From: Podarcis melisellensis
Taxonomy: Eukaryota
Strand: one strand, 5' to 3'
DNA length: 64,000 nt
Assembly: GCA_964234715.1 (NCBI GenBank)
Contig: OZ174279.1
Shown here: positions 49,601 to 61,774 of the stretch, in pieces
How the letters are laid out: each line of letters begins with the position of its first letter
How positions within the stretch are numbered: position 1 is the stretch's first letter
Position numbers and translations under genes: made by a program
The notes under the pieces: model-generated
The model's input: the letters and a program-made list of their open reading frames with translations, nothing else
Databases searched by the model: none
Told to the model about the DNA's origin: nothing

Positions 49601-49965
49601 CAAAAACATTCTGTAAATCAGTTCCACCCCCTTTTACTGGAGATTTTGTCACATTAAACTCAATGGGTTCACTTCCTAGTAGACATGTAGGATTACACTG
49701 TGTCATTTTTTGGTCTCAAAATTATCTTTATTCTTATCACCCGAAGATGCTTTTTCTGTATGTAAAAATCTTTCCATAGGAGCCATTTTCTCCCATGCTG
49801 ATCAAAAGTCTCAGTTGCTTTTTCAAACAATACACATGTAAGCAAGAAGGTAAAGCAGATGTCTGATCAAAATATATGGATACTCCATTTTCGGGGCTTA
49901 AAAATAGGTTCTCTGGAGGAGGAGATCAAAGATCAGATGCTTCCAAAGCATCTCTTGGTTTACAC

Positions 49966-50101
49966 CAGGCATAGGCAAATCCGGCCCTCCAGATGTTTTG
50001 GGACTACAACTCCCATCATCCCTAGCTAACAGGATCAGTGGTCAGGGATGACAGGAATTGTAGTCTCAAAATATCTGGAGGGATGAGTTTGCCTATGCCT
50101 G
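49966..50101. mobile_element. Palindromic hAT MITE, same family as 35126-35261
   Basis: Same TIRs and length; 8-bp TSD gtttacac (49958-49965 and 50102-50109). Confidence 0.9.
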
Positions 50102-50144
50102 GTTTACACCTTTGGGCTGGCTGCTAGTACAACAGAACAAAATA

Positions 50145-50386
50145 CAGTGGTACCTCGGACTGCATACTCTTCAGGTTACATACGTTTCAGGTTACAGACT
50201 CCGCTAACCCAGAAATAATACCTCGGGTTAAGAACTTTGCCTCAGGATGAGAACAGAAATTGTGCTCCTGCGGTGTGGTGGCAGCAGGAGGCCCCATTAG
50301 TTAAAGTGGTGCTTCAGGTTAAGAACAGTTTCAGGTTAAGAACAGACCTCCGGAACGAATTAAGTACTTAACCAGAGGTACTACTG
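50145..50386. mobile_element. Tigger/pogo-like MITE
   Basis: TIR cagtggtacctc/gaggtactactg with TA flanks; reverse-complement relative of 6812-7025. Confidence 0.85.
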
Positions 50387-51382
50387 TATTGGCAGAGGAG
50401 AAGAGCAGCCCGTTACACCTCCTCATTCAAAGCCTGTTGTTGGATCTTGCTAGGAGATGTTACTCATCTTTTCATGACTCTTTTTTACTTCTCTTGAAAC
50501 GCTGAAGATAATTTTTCTGAGCAGGACTCTCCAAGTCAGCTTCAAAGTTTACTGAAGTGGTACTAATGCCCCCGAACATGACCTCACACTCACACTAGAG
50601 CTACAGTAACTTTACAAAGGCATTTCAAGCTTTGGTGGGGGTGGGTTGGAATTAACAAGTTACTGAACTGACACAGACACACTTCTTGCTGTCCAGATAC
50701 TAATAACACCCAAACGGAACATTCATTAAGCGTAAAAATCATATCTGAACTTTCACAGCTGTGACAGGCAACAGTCCTAGATTTTCACACAATATGGATT
50801 CTGGCATCTCTAATGTGCCCGACTGGTATCTGCTATATATATGTATGCACAGCTTTGGAACTGTTTTTAACTTGCAATTTACAGCACGTCAAGTTGATGG
50901 ACAGCCTCAGCTTAATTTTACTGTACAAAAAGTGACGTTACCTCGGAAGAATCATTTTCACATGGAAGACATCATTTTAAGAAACGTTGCAAATAAATAA
51001 GACCCACCTGCCTCCCCTTCGGATGCAATTATCTATAGTGCCTAATATTTTAAAACGCTGCTTTCAAATGCACAGGACTTAGCAAGATGTATATCTTTCT
51101 CATCATCAGTAAATTTCCAGCTGGGGGAACTGAAGAGTGCTAAGCCTATTGAAATCCATGGGGTTGTACTAACTTATTTGAAGGGCTAATGGCAGCCATA
51201 TGGCAGTGGGGGGGGGTAGGGTCAGAGATGAAAGTGGGCATAGCAATTAATGTGAATTTTAGCTTCTTACAGTAGGCTAATTTTTCCGCAGACCCACACA
51301 AAGACACCTGCATCTTCCATCTAGCCAAGTGAGAAGCATTACCAGTGTTTGAGGACACACTCCAGCCAGGCAAAAATCTTCA

Positions 51383-51891
51383 TTTTTTAAAAAAATAATA
51401 ATATTTATTGAGGTTTTGAAAGATTACAAAAAAAAAGAAAGAACAAAAAACCCCAGAAAAATAAAAACAATTTTAAAAAGACAAATCAATCCTTCCATAG
51501 CTTATCTTTCATTTGCTTGTTTCCTTGACCTCCTCACACCTAACTTTTTTGTGTTGTAGTTCAATTAGCTATTTCAGCAAATCCTTTCCATCTTTGTTTT
51601 TATCCTAATAATTTATCTTAATATAATGTAACTTTACATTCTCACCAATTAACAATCTATTTTTACTTAATCCTTTATAACATTTCTGCTAAAACCACAT
51701 AACTTCATTCCAACATCCTTCTAACATTCCTTAATTTTACAATGTTTCTGTAAATAAACTTTAAATTTCTTCCAATCTTCTTCCACCGACTCTTCTCCCT
51801 GGTCTCGAATTCTGCCAGTCATTTCCGCCAGTTCCATGTAGTCCATCATGAAAGCTGGACCATAAAGAAGGCTGATTGTCGAAGAATTGAT
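51383..51891 (-). mobile_element. L1 3' fragment joined to an inverted 45-bp BovB piece within one TSD
   Basis: MDYMELAEMTGRIRDQGEESVEEDWKKF (L1, minus) and ESWTIKKADCRRIDA (BovB, plus, 51849-51893); TSD gcaaaaat(c/t)ttca at 51370-51382 and 51892-51904. Confidence 0.8.
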
Positions 51892-52150
51892 GCAAAAATT
51901 TTCAAGGAGGATGTCAAGGATGTTCTCTAAGGAGAGGGCATGTGGCCAAGAAAGGATTGTGGTCTGGGGCCAGATAGAAAGGCTTTGAGGGGCTGCCAGA
52001 CTCATAAATTTGCAGGAAAATGTGAACCACAATGGGGGGGGGGATGTGATCAAAAGACAAACAGAGAACCCCATCCCTGTTCAACACCCAGACTCTAGAA
52101 ATTGCAACTTCTAAATGCTCCTCTTTTATACTTCAGATTACATAACTGAA

Positions 52151-52370
52151 CTCATCATGAAAACCAAAACTAGGAGAGGGACCTTTGGAAACTGATGCAG
52201 CCAAAGAGTCTTATCAGAGTACAAGCTGAAATTGTTGTGTCTGAGTACAAAACTAGTAAACTCATCATGAAAACCAAAACTAGGAGAGGGACCTTTGGAA
52301 ACTGATGCAGCCAAAGAGTCTTATCAGAGTACAAGCTGAAATTGTTGTGTCTGAGTACAAAACTAGTAAA
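52151..52370 (+). repeat. Perfect 110-bp tandem duplication
   Basis: 52151-52260 equals 52261-52370, with aact microhomology at the junctions. Confidence 0.95.
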
Positions 52371-52458
52371 CTTAATAAGGGGAATGGCACGTGTTAGCTG
52401 CTAGTGACTAAGGCTGCAATCCAAACCCCACTTACCTGAAATTAAGCCGCACTGAATA

Positions 52459-52761
52459 GTTTGTTGTTTAGTCGTTTAGTCTTGTCCGACTCTTCGTGAC
52501 CCCATGGACCAGAGCACGCCAGGCACTTCTGTCTTCCACTGCCTCCCGCAGTTTGGTCAAACTCATGCTGGTAGCTTCGAAGACACTATCCAACCATCTC
52601 ATCCTCTGTCGTCCCCTTCTCCTTGTGCCCTCAATCTTTCCCAACATCAGGGTCTTTTCCAGGGTGTCTTCTCTTCTCATGAGGTGGCCAAAGTATCGGA
52701 GCCTCAGCTTCACGATCTGTCCTTCCAGTGAGCACTCAGGGCTGATTTCCTTAAGAATGGA
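52459..52761 (-). mobile_element. BovB (RTE) LINE 3' fragment
   Basis: KLRLRYFGHLMRREDTLEKTLMLGKIEGTRRRGRQRMRWLD. Confidence 0.92.
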
Positions 52762-54684
52762 GAATACTTAGGAGTGTGCTATAAGGCATTAAGCTGAGTA
52801 AAATCCTGATTCTGAAGTATTGCTAAATTTTGAATGTAGAGGATTACCCCCCTTCTATTCTATAATATATGAAACCAGGAGACCGTACAAGATTCCTCTA
52901 AGGAATGAGGGCAACAACCTTCAGACTGCAATTTCTAAACCCTTTGTTCCTCCCACTTTATAGCTGTTCTTTTTTTCTCTCCAGCAACAGCACACCAACT
53001 GTGCTTCTTCTAATAAGCAACATACTTTTTTCTTTCTTTTTTAAGAATTAAAAAGTGGGCATTAGGGAAAGTTTCAAATGGTGTCAATGCACAAACTTCT
53101 GCTGGTTCCTGGCCACACAGCTGCTTTCAGCTGATGGTTTACTCTCCTGGGAAATCACTGGATGTGGGTACATTTCAATATGCATGCTTTCGAAAGAAAA
53201 GAGGAAAAGTCCCAAGATTAATAATAGTTGTCATGCTTTGCCAGCTCTAGCTGGGAAGGTGCAGAACACTGAAATTGATACAGAAAATGTGTGCTGAAGG
53301 AAGTAGCAGCAATTGGACAGTCTTGTCATTCACCATAATATACGGAGCAAACATCCACTATTATGGTCTTTTTCTACCGAAATATCTTAGTGACCTTCAT
53401 GGGATTATGGACAATGCATGCAAGGACTGTAGGCCCTATCTATCAGAAGTGTTACCACATTCCACCCTGTTATATGGAATTTCTTTCTTCACAGTCCAGT
53501 CAAAAAGTTCTCCCATTAAAATAATAAGAGGTGTCTAATGGTGGTGTAACTGTGTCCTCTGTGTCTTGAAGCTGTCTCTCACCATTAGCTACCAAGAGCA
53601 GTATTTCACAACCAAGAGCAGTATTTCTCTGAGGCAGCATAAAGCAGGACATCAAATCAAGGGAGTCTATGTATTCATTGAAATCACAAATCCTCTGTTC
53701 TCTTACAGTAGAGCAGGGAAACCTGTGGCCCTCCAAGTAGTGTTGGACCCCAAATCCTTTCCTCCTCAGTCAACAAGGTCACAGTTCATGGGTTGATGGG
53801 GTTGCAGAACAACAACATTTGGAGGACCGTGAGTTTTTCAGCCCTGTCCAGCAGTATCAACATTCCAGGGCATCCACATGGCAGGTCTTCTCATATTTCT
53901 TTGTGCAGTGATATGCCCCTAACAACACCTCCTGTACAGTTTAAGGGACCATACATACCCTACCAGTTTCCTTCCTGTCTTGTCCATTCCCTTTGAATTC
54001 ATTTTCATTAGCTTCTTTCTTATTTCCATTTTTTGACTGCTTATCTTTGCACTCTTCCAGATTCACCCCCCTTTTTTGTTGTTCAGCATGTTGATGTGGA
54101 TGGGTCAGCTGAGTGCTTTTCCAAATATACTCTTCAATAGTAGGTTATAATTCCATTTATTTAGTCATTTTTATTCCTATTCCATTTGCAACAGGAAAAG
54201 ATAATGGAGGACCGGAAATGAATACATGGAACTAGCACCAAAGCTAGGCAGAACAGGGAGGATGGGGCCCAACCAGTGACCTAAGAGAGACCCATAAGTG
54301 TTTCTGTGGGAAGAGAGGAGCTTCCAAGGGACTCCTCCAGTGAGACAAATTTGCTTGTTTGTTATGCATTTGGATACCTCTTAAGTTATCACAACCAAAG
54401 TTTGTATGGTGCTGAGATCAAGGAGTGGTTTTTTCATCCATGGAGACACTTGGATACCATTTTGAGTCCGGATAGTGGCCTGAAATTTTCAAAACTGAAC
54501 TGATTTTAATCACTAATTTCAAAACCGCACAGATTTTTTTTTGGGGGGGGGGTCTTATAATTCCAAAGCAATGCTATGAAGCTGTTAGTTATTAATAAAG
54601 TGTCATTAGTTTAACTTGTTTTACTTTCATCTCTCTCTCATTAAAGCAGAACAGGACAATCTTTAACATCCCCTACTTTCTTAC

Positions 54685-55004
54685 TTGCCGATCGAAAGGT
54701 CGACGGTTCGAATAACTGCAGCGGGGTGCGCTCCCGCTGCTCAGTCCCAGCGCCTGCCAACCTAGCAGTTTGAAAGCACCTCTGGGTGCAAGTAGATAAA
54801 TAGGGACCGCTTACCAGCGGGAAGGTAAACGGCGTTTCCGTGTGCGGCTCTGGCTCGCCAGAGCAGCGATGTCACGCTGGCCACGTGACCCGGAAGTGTC
54901 TCCGGACAGCGCTGGCCCCTGGCCTCTTAAGTGAGATGGGCGCACAACCCCAGAGTCTGTCAAGACTGGCCCGTACGGGCAGGGGTACCTTTACCTTTAC
55001 CTTT
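54685..55004 (+). mobile_element. Sauria SINE, 5'-truncated, CpG-rich subfamily
   Basis: acctttacctttaccttt tail; TSD tactttcttac (54674-54684 and 55005-55015). Confidence 0.88.
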
Positions 55005-55675
55005 TACTTTCTTACCAGCTAGACTAACAGTATGAAGACAGTTGGGGGGGAAACAAGATCTGCAGCCAAAGGACTGAAGCCTTGCAGCTCGACCCTTAAG
55101 CTGACATTTAAGGATCACTGACTCCCAAATACCACATCAGCAATTGAGGAAGCCACTGTGGTTAGTTGGAAGAAACATGATTAGCACAGCATACTCCATT
55201 TAAAACCAGTAATGCTAATCTCAGGTTTACCAAACGCCCAACAAAAATGGAAAATATATGGGTGGGTGGGTTGGAGGGAGGCTACCAATGTATCTTGCGT
55301 AATACCTCAGTTAGGCAATAAGCAAGAGACATTAATGCCTATTAAATACATACTGCAGGCCATCATAATCGAAGCTGTGCAGCTGGTAGAGATCAATGCC
55401 AACATTTCACCTGCTGACCATTCCATTTGGAGCTGTGCCATCCATCTTTTCTCTGTTACAGTTTCCATTAAAGGAATTCCAATTAGATAGAATAATGGCA
55501 CTGGGGAGGATGTATAGCAGACGGGAAGGATGGCCAGGTGGCGATAGTGATCCCTTGTAGTCTGGAAGCAAGCTCGTACACAAACCAAGAAGTACTGATA
55601 AGCAGGAATAAGAATGCTTTGAGAATCCAGCATCTGTGAATCTGTCCAAACTCAGTAGAAGGTTTCCATCTCTAA

Positions 55676-55810
55676 CATAGAATCAGGTGGAAGGAGCCAA
55701 AGGATCATATTGTCTAACTCCTTGCAATGCGGGAATATGCAAATGTCCCATACAGAGATCGACCCTGCACCCTTGGCATTTTCAGCACCACGCTCTAAGC
55801 ATCTCAGCTA
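55676..55810 (-). mobile_element. tRNA-Ile-derived SINE with CR1 tail
   Basis: Minus strand TTAGAGCGTGGTGCTG...GCCAAGG...TCGATC resembles tRNA-Ile(AAT), followed by a CR1-type 3' end. Confidence 0.7.
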
Positions 55811-58800
55811 TTATTGGTGAACTTAAACAAGAATACTACAGAATAGTTAACTTAGACACGACTACATATGACCTCCCCATTTCTGAACAGGAGGGCATGG
55901 TGCTGGTCTTCATTTTATGTCACAACACCTTGCAGCACCCAATAGGAATGGAATCATTCTATAGTACTGTGAAGGTAAATTCCCCCAGTAACTTAATCAG
56001 AACAACAGAGCCATGTCAGATTTGACTATTTGTTAATTCCATCGTGAAGTTCAATTCCAACATTATGAACGTACATTATTATGCAAACGTCTTTCTCAGC
56101 ATCTCTTTCATGCAAGCTCAGCACATCTTTTACTCTAATTCCACTTTTGTAAAAAAGGGAAAGACTTGAAAACTATCCTCTGTATGGACAGCTACAAAGA
56201 TGCACAGAATCAGAATGTGCAGAGCCTGCCGCAAAGCCTGTGAGTAAGCCCTTGAACGGATAAACACCGACAAGCTTGAAAATCGCCAACAATTTCAGGC
56301 TTTAATTTTAGAACCCAACATATACTGAAAACATCAACCCACTTTGAGTAACACACCTCTGCTGAGCCAAGGCGGGGGGGGGGGGGAGAGAGAGAGAGAG
56401 AGAGAGAGCTGTGCCGATTAAGCAGAGTCCTGCTTAACTTTGCTTTTGTGTTGCCCTCCACACGACAGGGGCGAAACACAAGAAGTAATGCCCTAGAGGA
56501 AAGCTGGATGCTATCCAGAAGTTTATAGCTTTCAAAAGAACCCTGTGGAGAAGATGAAGCTACTTAACATTTTGACTTTCCCCATCTGTTTGGAAAATAG
56601 GCAGGGAAAATGACGGCTTATAATTAGTGGTCATACAACTGCAAAAGTTTTCATGTAGATGTCTAGTGGCCATAATTATCCAAAGTTGCGTGGGTTGTAG
56701 AAACTGAGCAAGCACAATCTTAAAAAACCAGTTCATGTAGATGAATTACACAGAGAGAGAGAGGGGGGGGGGATGGTGACAATTAACAAGCAGCAAGACA
56801 CTGGAGTGATGGAAAAGATACTTCACATTCAGGCTGAATGTTTGTGCTTTTGCTGGAAATATCACATCCAGATAATAATTGATGGGACCAAGCTACAGTT
56901 AACATTCTCTGGTCAAAAGTAACGGGAAAGCTACTTTTCACTTTGGCAGGATCAAGCTCAAGATTTGCAATGAATATAATGCAACAGCATAAGGTGGAAC
57001 TGCTATCCTGGAAGAAACAAAATAATAATAATAGAGTCTTAAATGTACCTATGGCTGCAATCCTAGCCCTACTTACTTGTGGGTGAGCTTTGCTCATCCC
57101 AGAGCTACAATTGTTAGAGTGAGCCACAAACCAGGCAAGCCTGTTCTATGCTTTTCTGCCAATCAATATGCCTGTGATAATGGAGCACGGCATTTCCTTC
57201 ATTTCCTTCACTATGCTTTGTGAAGTTGCAAATGCTTTTGGCCACGTCCAAAGTGATTGTGTATGGATTGCAGAAGAATGCCACAATAAGGCTGTAAGTA
57301 GCAGTTATTCCTCTCGTTAAAGATACCAGGATTCCATGTTAACAAGAAATAGTCCTACTACCATTTCAGCATACATATATTTTTCGACATCATTGAATCG
57401 GTGTGACCTTTCTTTGAAAGCTTCGGGCTGTGTGATATCCTAAATATTGACAGATCTACAAAGCCTACTGCCTGCATGGATATCTAACAGCAAAAGTCTG
57501 AGTCAAAGCTTATTTGAAGTCTTTCATTCTCAAGAATGGAGTAGAATAGCTAATAATAACTGCTGGTATGATGAAGCATGTAACCAGATGCTAGGTTCTG
57601 TACACAACACAGATGGTATGAGGTCCCTGTTCAAAGGAGCTTACAATATTCATTAGGCAGAATGTGCTGAGACAGGGAAGAAGATCAGGAACTGACCCTA
57701 AACACTGGAGTTGGGGAATGTCAAATGGCAATTGATAAGAAAAGAGAGGGCAGGAATCTCAAGAAGGGGATTTGTTGAAGAAGTGGAAGATGAGAGGGAG
57801 GGAGGTCAATGAATCAAGAGGAGAAGATGGGACTAGAGCGGAGACAAAAGAAGATAGGTGATGGGATTCAGAAAAGTGTGGAAGTTATAAAAGGAAGGGA
57901 GCAGAGAGCAGGTATTGTGGAGTGAGTCAAAGGCTGTCCAGAGATATCAGAAGTCTCTAATAGACTTGATCATCTCACAAAAACCACCTCATATGGGTCT
58001 TGCAAAGCACATCTGCATCAAAGTATTCCTAATACCTATAACTGCATTTCAAAAGTTTGGTGGCAAAGAGTAATAAAATGTTATCTGAATGTAATTCATG
58101 CAAATCTATGCATCTGCATCTTTGTTTCAAAAGAGAACTTCTGGCATAGGATTCAAAAACTAGAAGTCCTTAGACTAGATTCAGTTTGTAAAAGAGTACC
58201 ATCTCCCTCCTAGCACTGACCCTCTTCTTCAAGATGCAATGAGGTCATGGAGGAGGAAGGGCAAGAGGTTGGAAGGGTGTAACACATACAAAAAGGAACT
58301 TAATGTGCTCCACCAGCTGCCTGATGTCCTAGACCTAGACCTAGGCATATAACTTCCTATAAGTCTTCCTAAGCATATAATTTATGGACTATTCACATTT
58401 AATTAAGCATGCATGGAGTGGAATTGAACTAAGCTTTACTCAGAGTAGACCCACTGGAATTAATGAACACAACTAACTTGTACCCATTATTTTTGATGGC
58501 TCTACTCTGAGTAAAACATAGTTGAATACTACCCATATGGTGAAAAAAAAATCACCATGTTAGATTTTTCTGTATTTCTACATTGGTGTTACTGCTATAA
58601 GAGCCCAGGGTGGTGTGCAACATAGAAAGTATTAACCCATATAATAATTAAAAACATCTAAAATTGCATCTCAAAAAAAACCACCCAAACAATACCAGCT
58701 GCTGGAATTCCAGTCAACATTCCTGTTTCAAAAGCCCAGGTGAACAGATGCTATGGTTAATTTGATTTCTGTGCTATGACACATTAGAAATTGCTATACA

Positions 58801-59389
58801 TTATAAAATATTAAGTACAGCTTAAAAGAGGGGGGATCCAAAAAAACCTCACAAATCTGAGCCATTGTGATCTGTCTGTTTTTACAAAGACCCACATTCC
58901 TTTTGCACACACATTGCCCCCTTGGTGGCATTTTCCAGCGAACTCCTAGCTGTTTCTCTCAGTGTCTTCTGCTTTTCCTTCCAACCACAACAGCCTTGGG
59001 GCTTCCCTCAGGGTCAGAAGCACATACTACAGGTTTGGGGCTTTTCAAGAATGCACATCCAATGAGAACAGCTGGCCTAAGTCCATTAGAGCCCAGCAGA
59101 CCAGATGACATCTATCTCCCCCAATGCAAATTGTACCAACCTGACACTTAGACTGATATGGACAGAAATGGCTCATGCTGAAATGCCAGTGGACCTTGGG
59201 GTGTCTATTGTGGCCTGCTGTCATGACTTGACAATCTATTGCTAAGTCCATTGAGGTTTATGCAACATTCCTGTTTTACAAACAATTATGTCTGGAAATG
59301 ATCCACTTACTCTTAGACTAAGTGGATAAATTGTGTCTTGGGCTGTCTGACTAAACCATGTGCAAATTGAGGTACAGTATAGCAGTAAA

Positions 59390-59705
59390 GGATGCGGGTG
59401 GTGCTGTGGGTTAAACCACTGAGCCTAGGACTTGCCAATCAGAAAGTCAGCGTTTCGAATCCCTGTGACGGGTTGAGCTCCCATTGCTCAGTCCCTACTC
59501 CTGCCAACCTAGCAGTTCGAAAGCACGTCAAAGTGCAAGTAGATAAACAGGTACTGCTCCGGCAGGAAGGTAAACGGCGTTTCCGTGTGCTGCTCTGGTT
59601 CGCCAGAAGCGGCTTTGTCATGCTGGCCACATGACCCGGAAGCTGTACGCCAGCTCCCTCGGCCAATAAAGCGAGATGAGCGCCGCAACCCCAGAGTCGG
59701 CCATG
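59390..59705 (+). mobile_element. Sauria SINE lacking its 3' tail
   Basis: Homologous to 44954-45302; TSD tatagcagtaaa (59378-59389 and 59717-59728). Confidence 0.85.
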
Positions 59706-60106
59706 ATAGCAGTATATATAGCAGTAAAACTTTGCATGCACATTCAATCCATACTCCCAGGATCAGAGGCAGCTTTCCCTGAATGCCAGGTGCTGGGGGA
59801 CAACAGCAGGAGGGGGTTATTGCCTGCATTTCATGCTTTGGGACTTCCCACAGGAATCCAAGTAACTTGGAGCAGGACCTTCAGTGCGGCTGCCTCTGTT
59901 CTTTGGAAGAACATACATGTTGAGATCCGACAGTTTCTCACTATCTGCACTCTCCAGAAACAGGAATACATTTCTGTTCTGACAAGCTTTCTTAGCCAGA
60001 TGAACAAGGCTTTGCCATGGATGTCTACTTTGCATTCCATCTGATGTTATTTTGTGATTTTTAGCTGGTTTAGCAGCTTTTATTGAATTTTGTACATCAT
60101 CTTGAG

Positions 60107-60241
60107 TAGGGTTGCCATATTTCAAAAAGTTAAAATCCAGACACAAAAGTTGTTGACCCCCCCCCCCGCACCAAAATCTACACTACCCAGACATTTCAGT
60201 GATTTCTGCCCAGACACTGTTTCCAATGTATGGCAACCCTA
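60107..60241. mobile_element. hAT MITE (135 bp)
   Basis: TIR tagggttgccata/tatggcaacccta; degenerate 8-bp TSD atcttgag/gtcttgaa. Confidence 0.75.
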
Positions 60242-60423
60242 GTCTTGAAATGTTTATGGAAGGTGACTAATAGAATGTTGTTGCTGTTGTTTATCATCAT
60301 CTGGTTGACCACTATGAGAAACAGGAGACTGTCTTGTGGCCTGCTTGATCTGGATCCTTCTTATGTTCTCTGCATTCCAGGTTCACATACTATGTCAAAT
60401 AACCTACCCATATGCAAAAGGTA

Positions 60424-60742
60424 GGGACGTGGGTGGCACTGTGGGTTAAACCACAGAGCCTAGGACTTGCCAATCAGAAGGTCGACGGTTTGAATCCCCG
60501 TTGCTCAGTTCCTGCTCCTGCCAACCTAGCAGTTTGAAAGCACAAAGTGCAAGTAGATAAATAGGTACCGCTCCAGTGGGAAGGAAAACAACATTTTTGT
60601 GCGGTGCTCTGGTTTGCCAAAAGTGGCTTAGTCATGCTGGCCGCATCACCGTATGCTGGCTCCCTCGGCCAGTAAAGTGAGATGAGCGCCGCAACCCCAG
60701 AGTCGTCTGTGACTGGACCTAACAGTAAGGGGTCTCTGACCC
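60424..60742 (+). mobile_element. Sauria SINE, diverged
   Basis: gggacgtgggtggcactgtgggttaaaccac... homologous to the other copies. Confidence 0.82.
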
Positions 60743-61010
60743 CTGGCAACATTTCCCTGGTGGCAACATTTCAACCTACAGTGTGTGTGTGGGCATGTGC
60801 AGAGAGGCTTTGTTGCCAATTTATCATGGCACAGGAGATGCACTAGTGGCTGGGGAGATGCTCTGGGACAGCTGCTAGAATATCTGTGTTTGTGAAAAGA
60901 CCAACTAAAAATAAAATTGGGGAAACAGTATTTTTTGTTAAGTCTAAGGTGCATTTTTTTCTGACTAAAGGCAGCATTACCCTCACCATGTCAGCATGCT
61001 TGAAGTAGGT

Positions 61011-61239
61011 CAGGCATGTCCAACAGGTCGATCGTGATCTACAAAGTCGATCTAGGTGTATCCCTGGTCGATCCTGGTTGATCACACAATCCTGTGCTTC
61101 CCCCCGCCCCCAAGCTCAATAACTTTGGTGAATTCTCCCCCCCAAAAGCTCAACAACTTTGGTCAACCAATGGGTAGATCTCTGCCAGTTTTTTTATAGC
61201 GGGAGTAGATTGCAGTCTCTTGGGAGTTGGACATGCCTG
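61011..61239. mobile_element. hAT MITE (229 bp)
   Basis: TIR caggcatgtccaac/gttggacatgcctg; TSD aagtaggt/aagtaggc. Confidence 0.85.
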
Positions 61240-61583
61240 AAGTAGGCATACATTTGTGCAAAGCCGGGCTGTTAAGCTCAGCCCCAGTTCATCATTTCAA
61301 AAGCTGCTACAACAACACAGTGCACAGTATAGTTGTGCTTCCTCCATAGTGTGCACACACACACAAATGTTTAACTGAGATAGACAGAAGTGTGTGATGA
61401 AACAGCAATGCGGCAGCTTAACAATGACAGCTGTGAGCATTGTTCTTACCACCATCTCCCTCTACATATAGTGGAACAGTGGCCTACTTTACCATAACTA
61501 TCACACATGGGATGCTCTTTGCTCTGCTCCTCCTGAAGCCCGCCAAGATCTAATCCAGGGGTAGAACAACCTGTGGTCTTCCT

Positions 61584-61774
61584 GATGTTCCTAGACTTCA
61601 ACTAACGTCATCTCCTTGACCATGCTTGTTGGGGTTGATGGGATTGGGGAGCCAAGAACAGGTTACAGCAGAGAGAAGGAACCTGCAACTCTCCAGGTAT
61701 TGTTGGACCCCCAATTCCATCAGCCCCAACAAGCATGGTCAATGAGATGACATTAGTTGAAGTCTAGGAACATC
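61584..61774. repeat. 66-bp inverted repeat with a 59-bp spacer
   Basis: 61584-61649 versus the reverse complement of 61709-61774 shows 4 mismatches. Confidence 0.85.

Noticed and set aside
57318-57440. Possible minus-strand exon (DITQPEAFKERSHRF...)
   Set aside because: Weak acceptor, unrecognised peptide and no partner exons.
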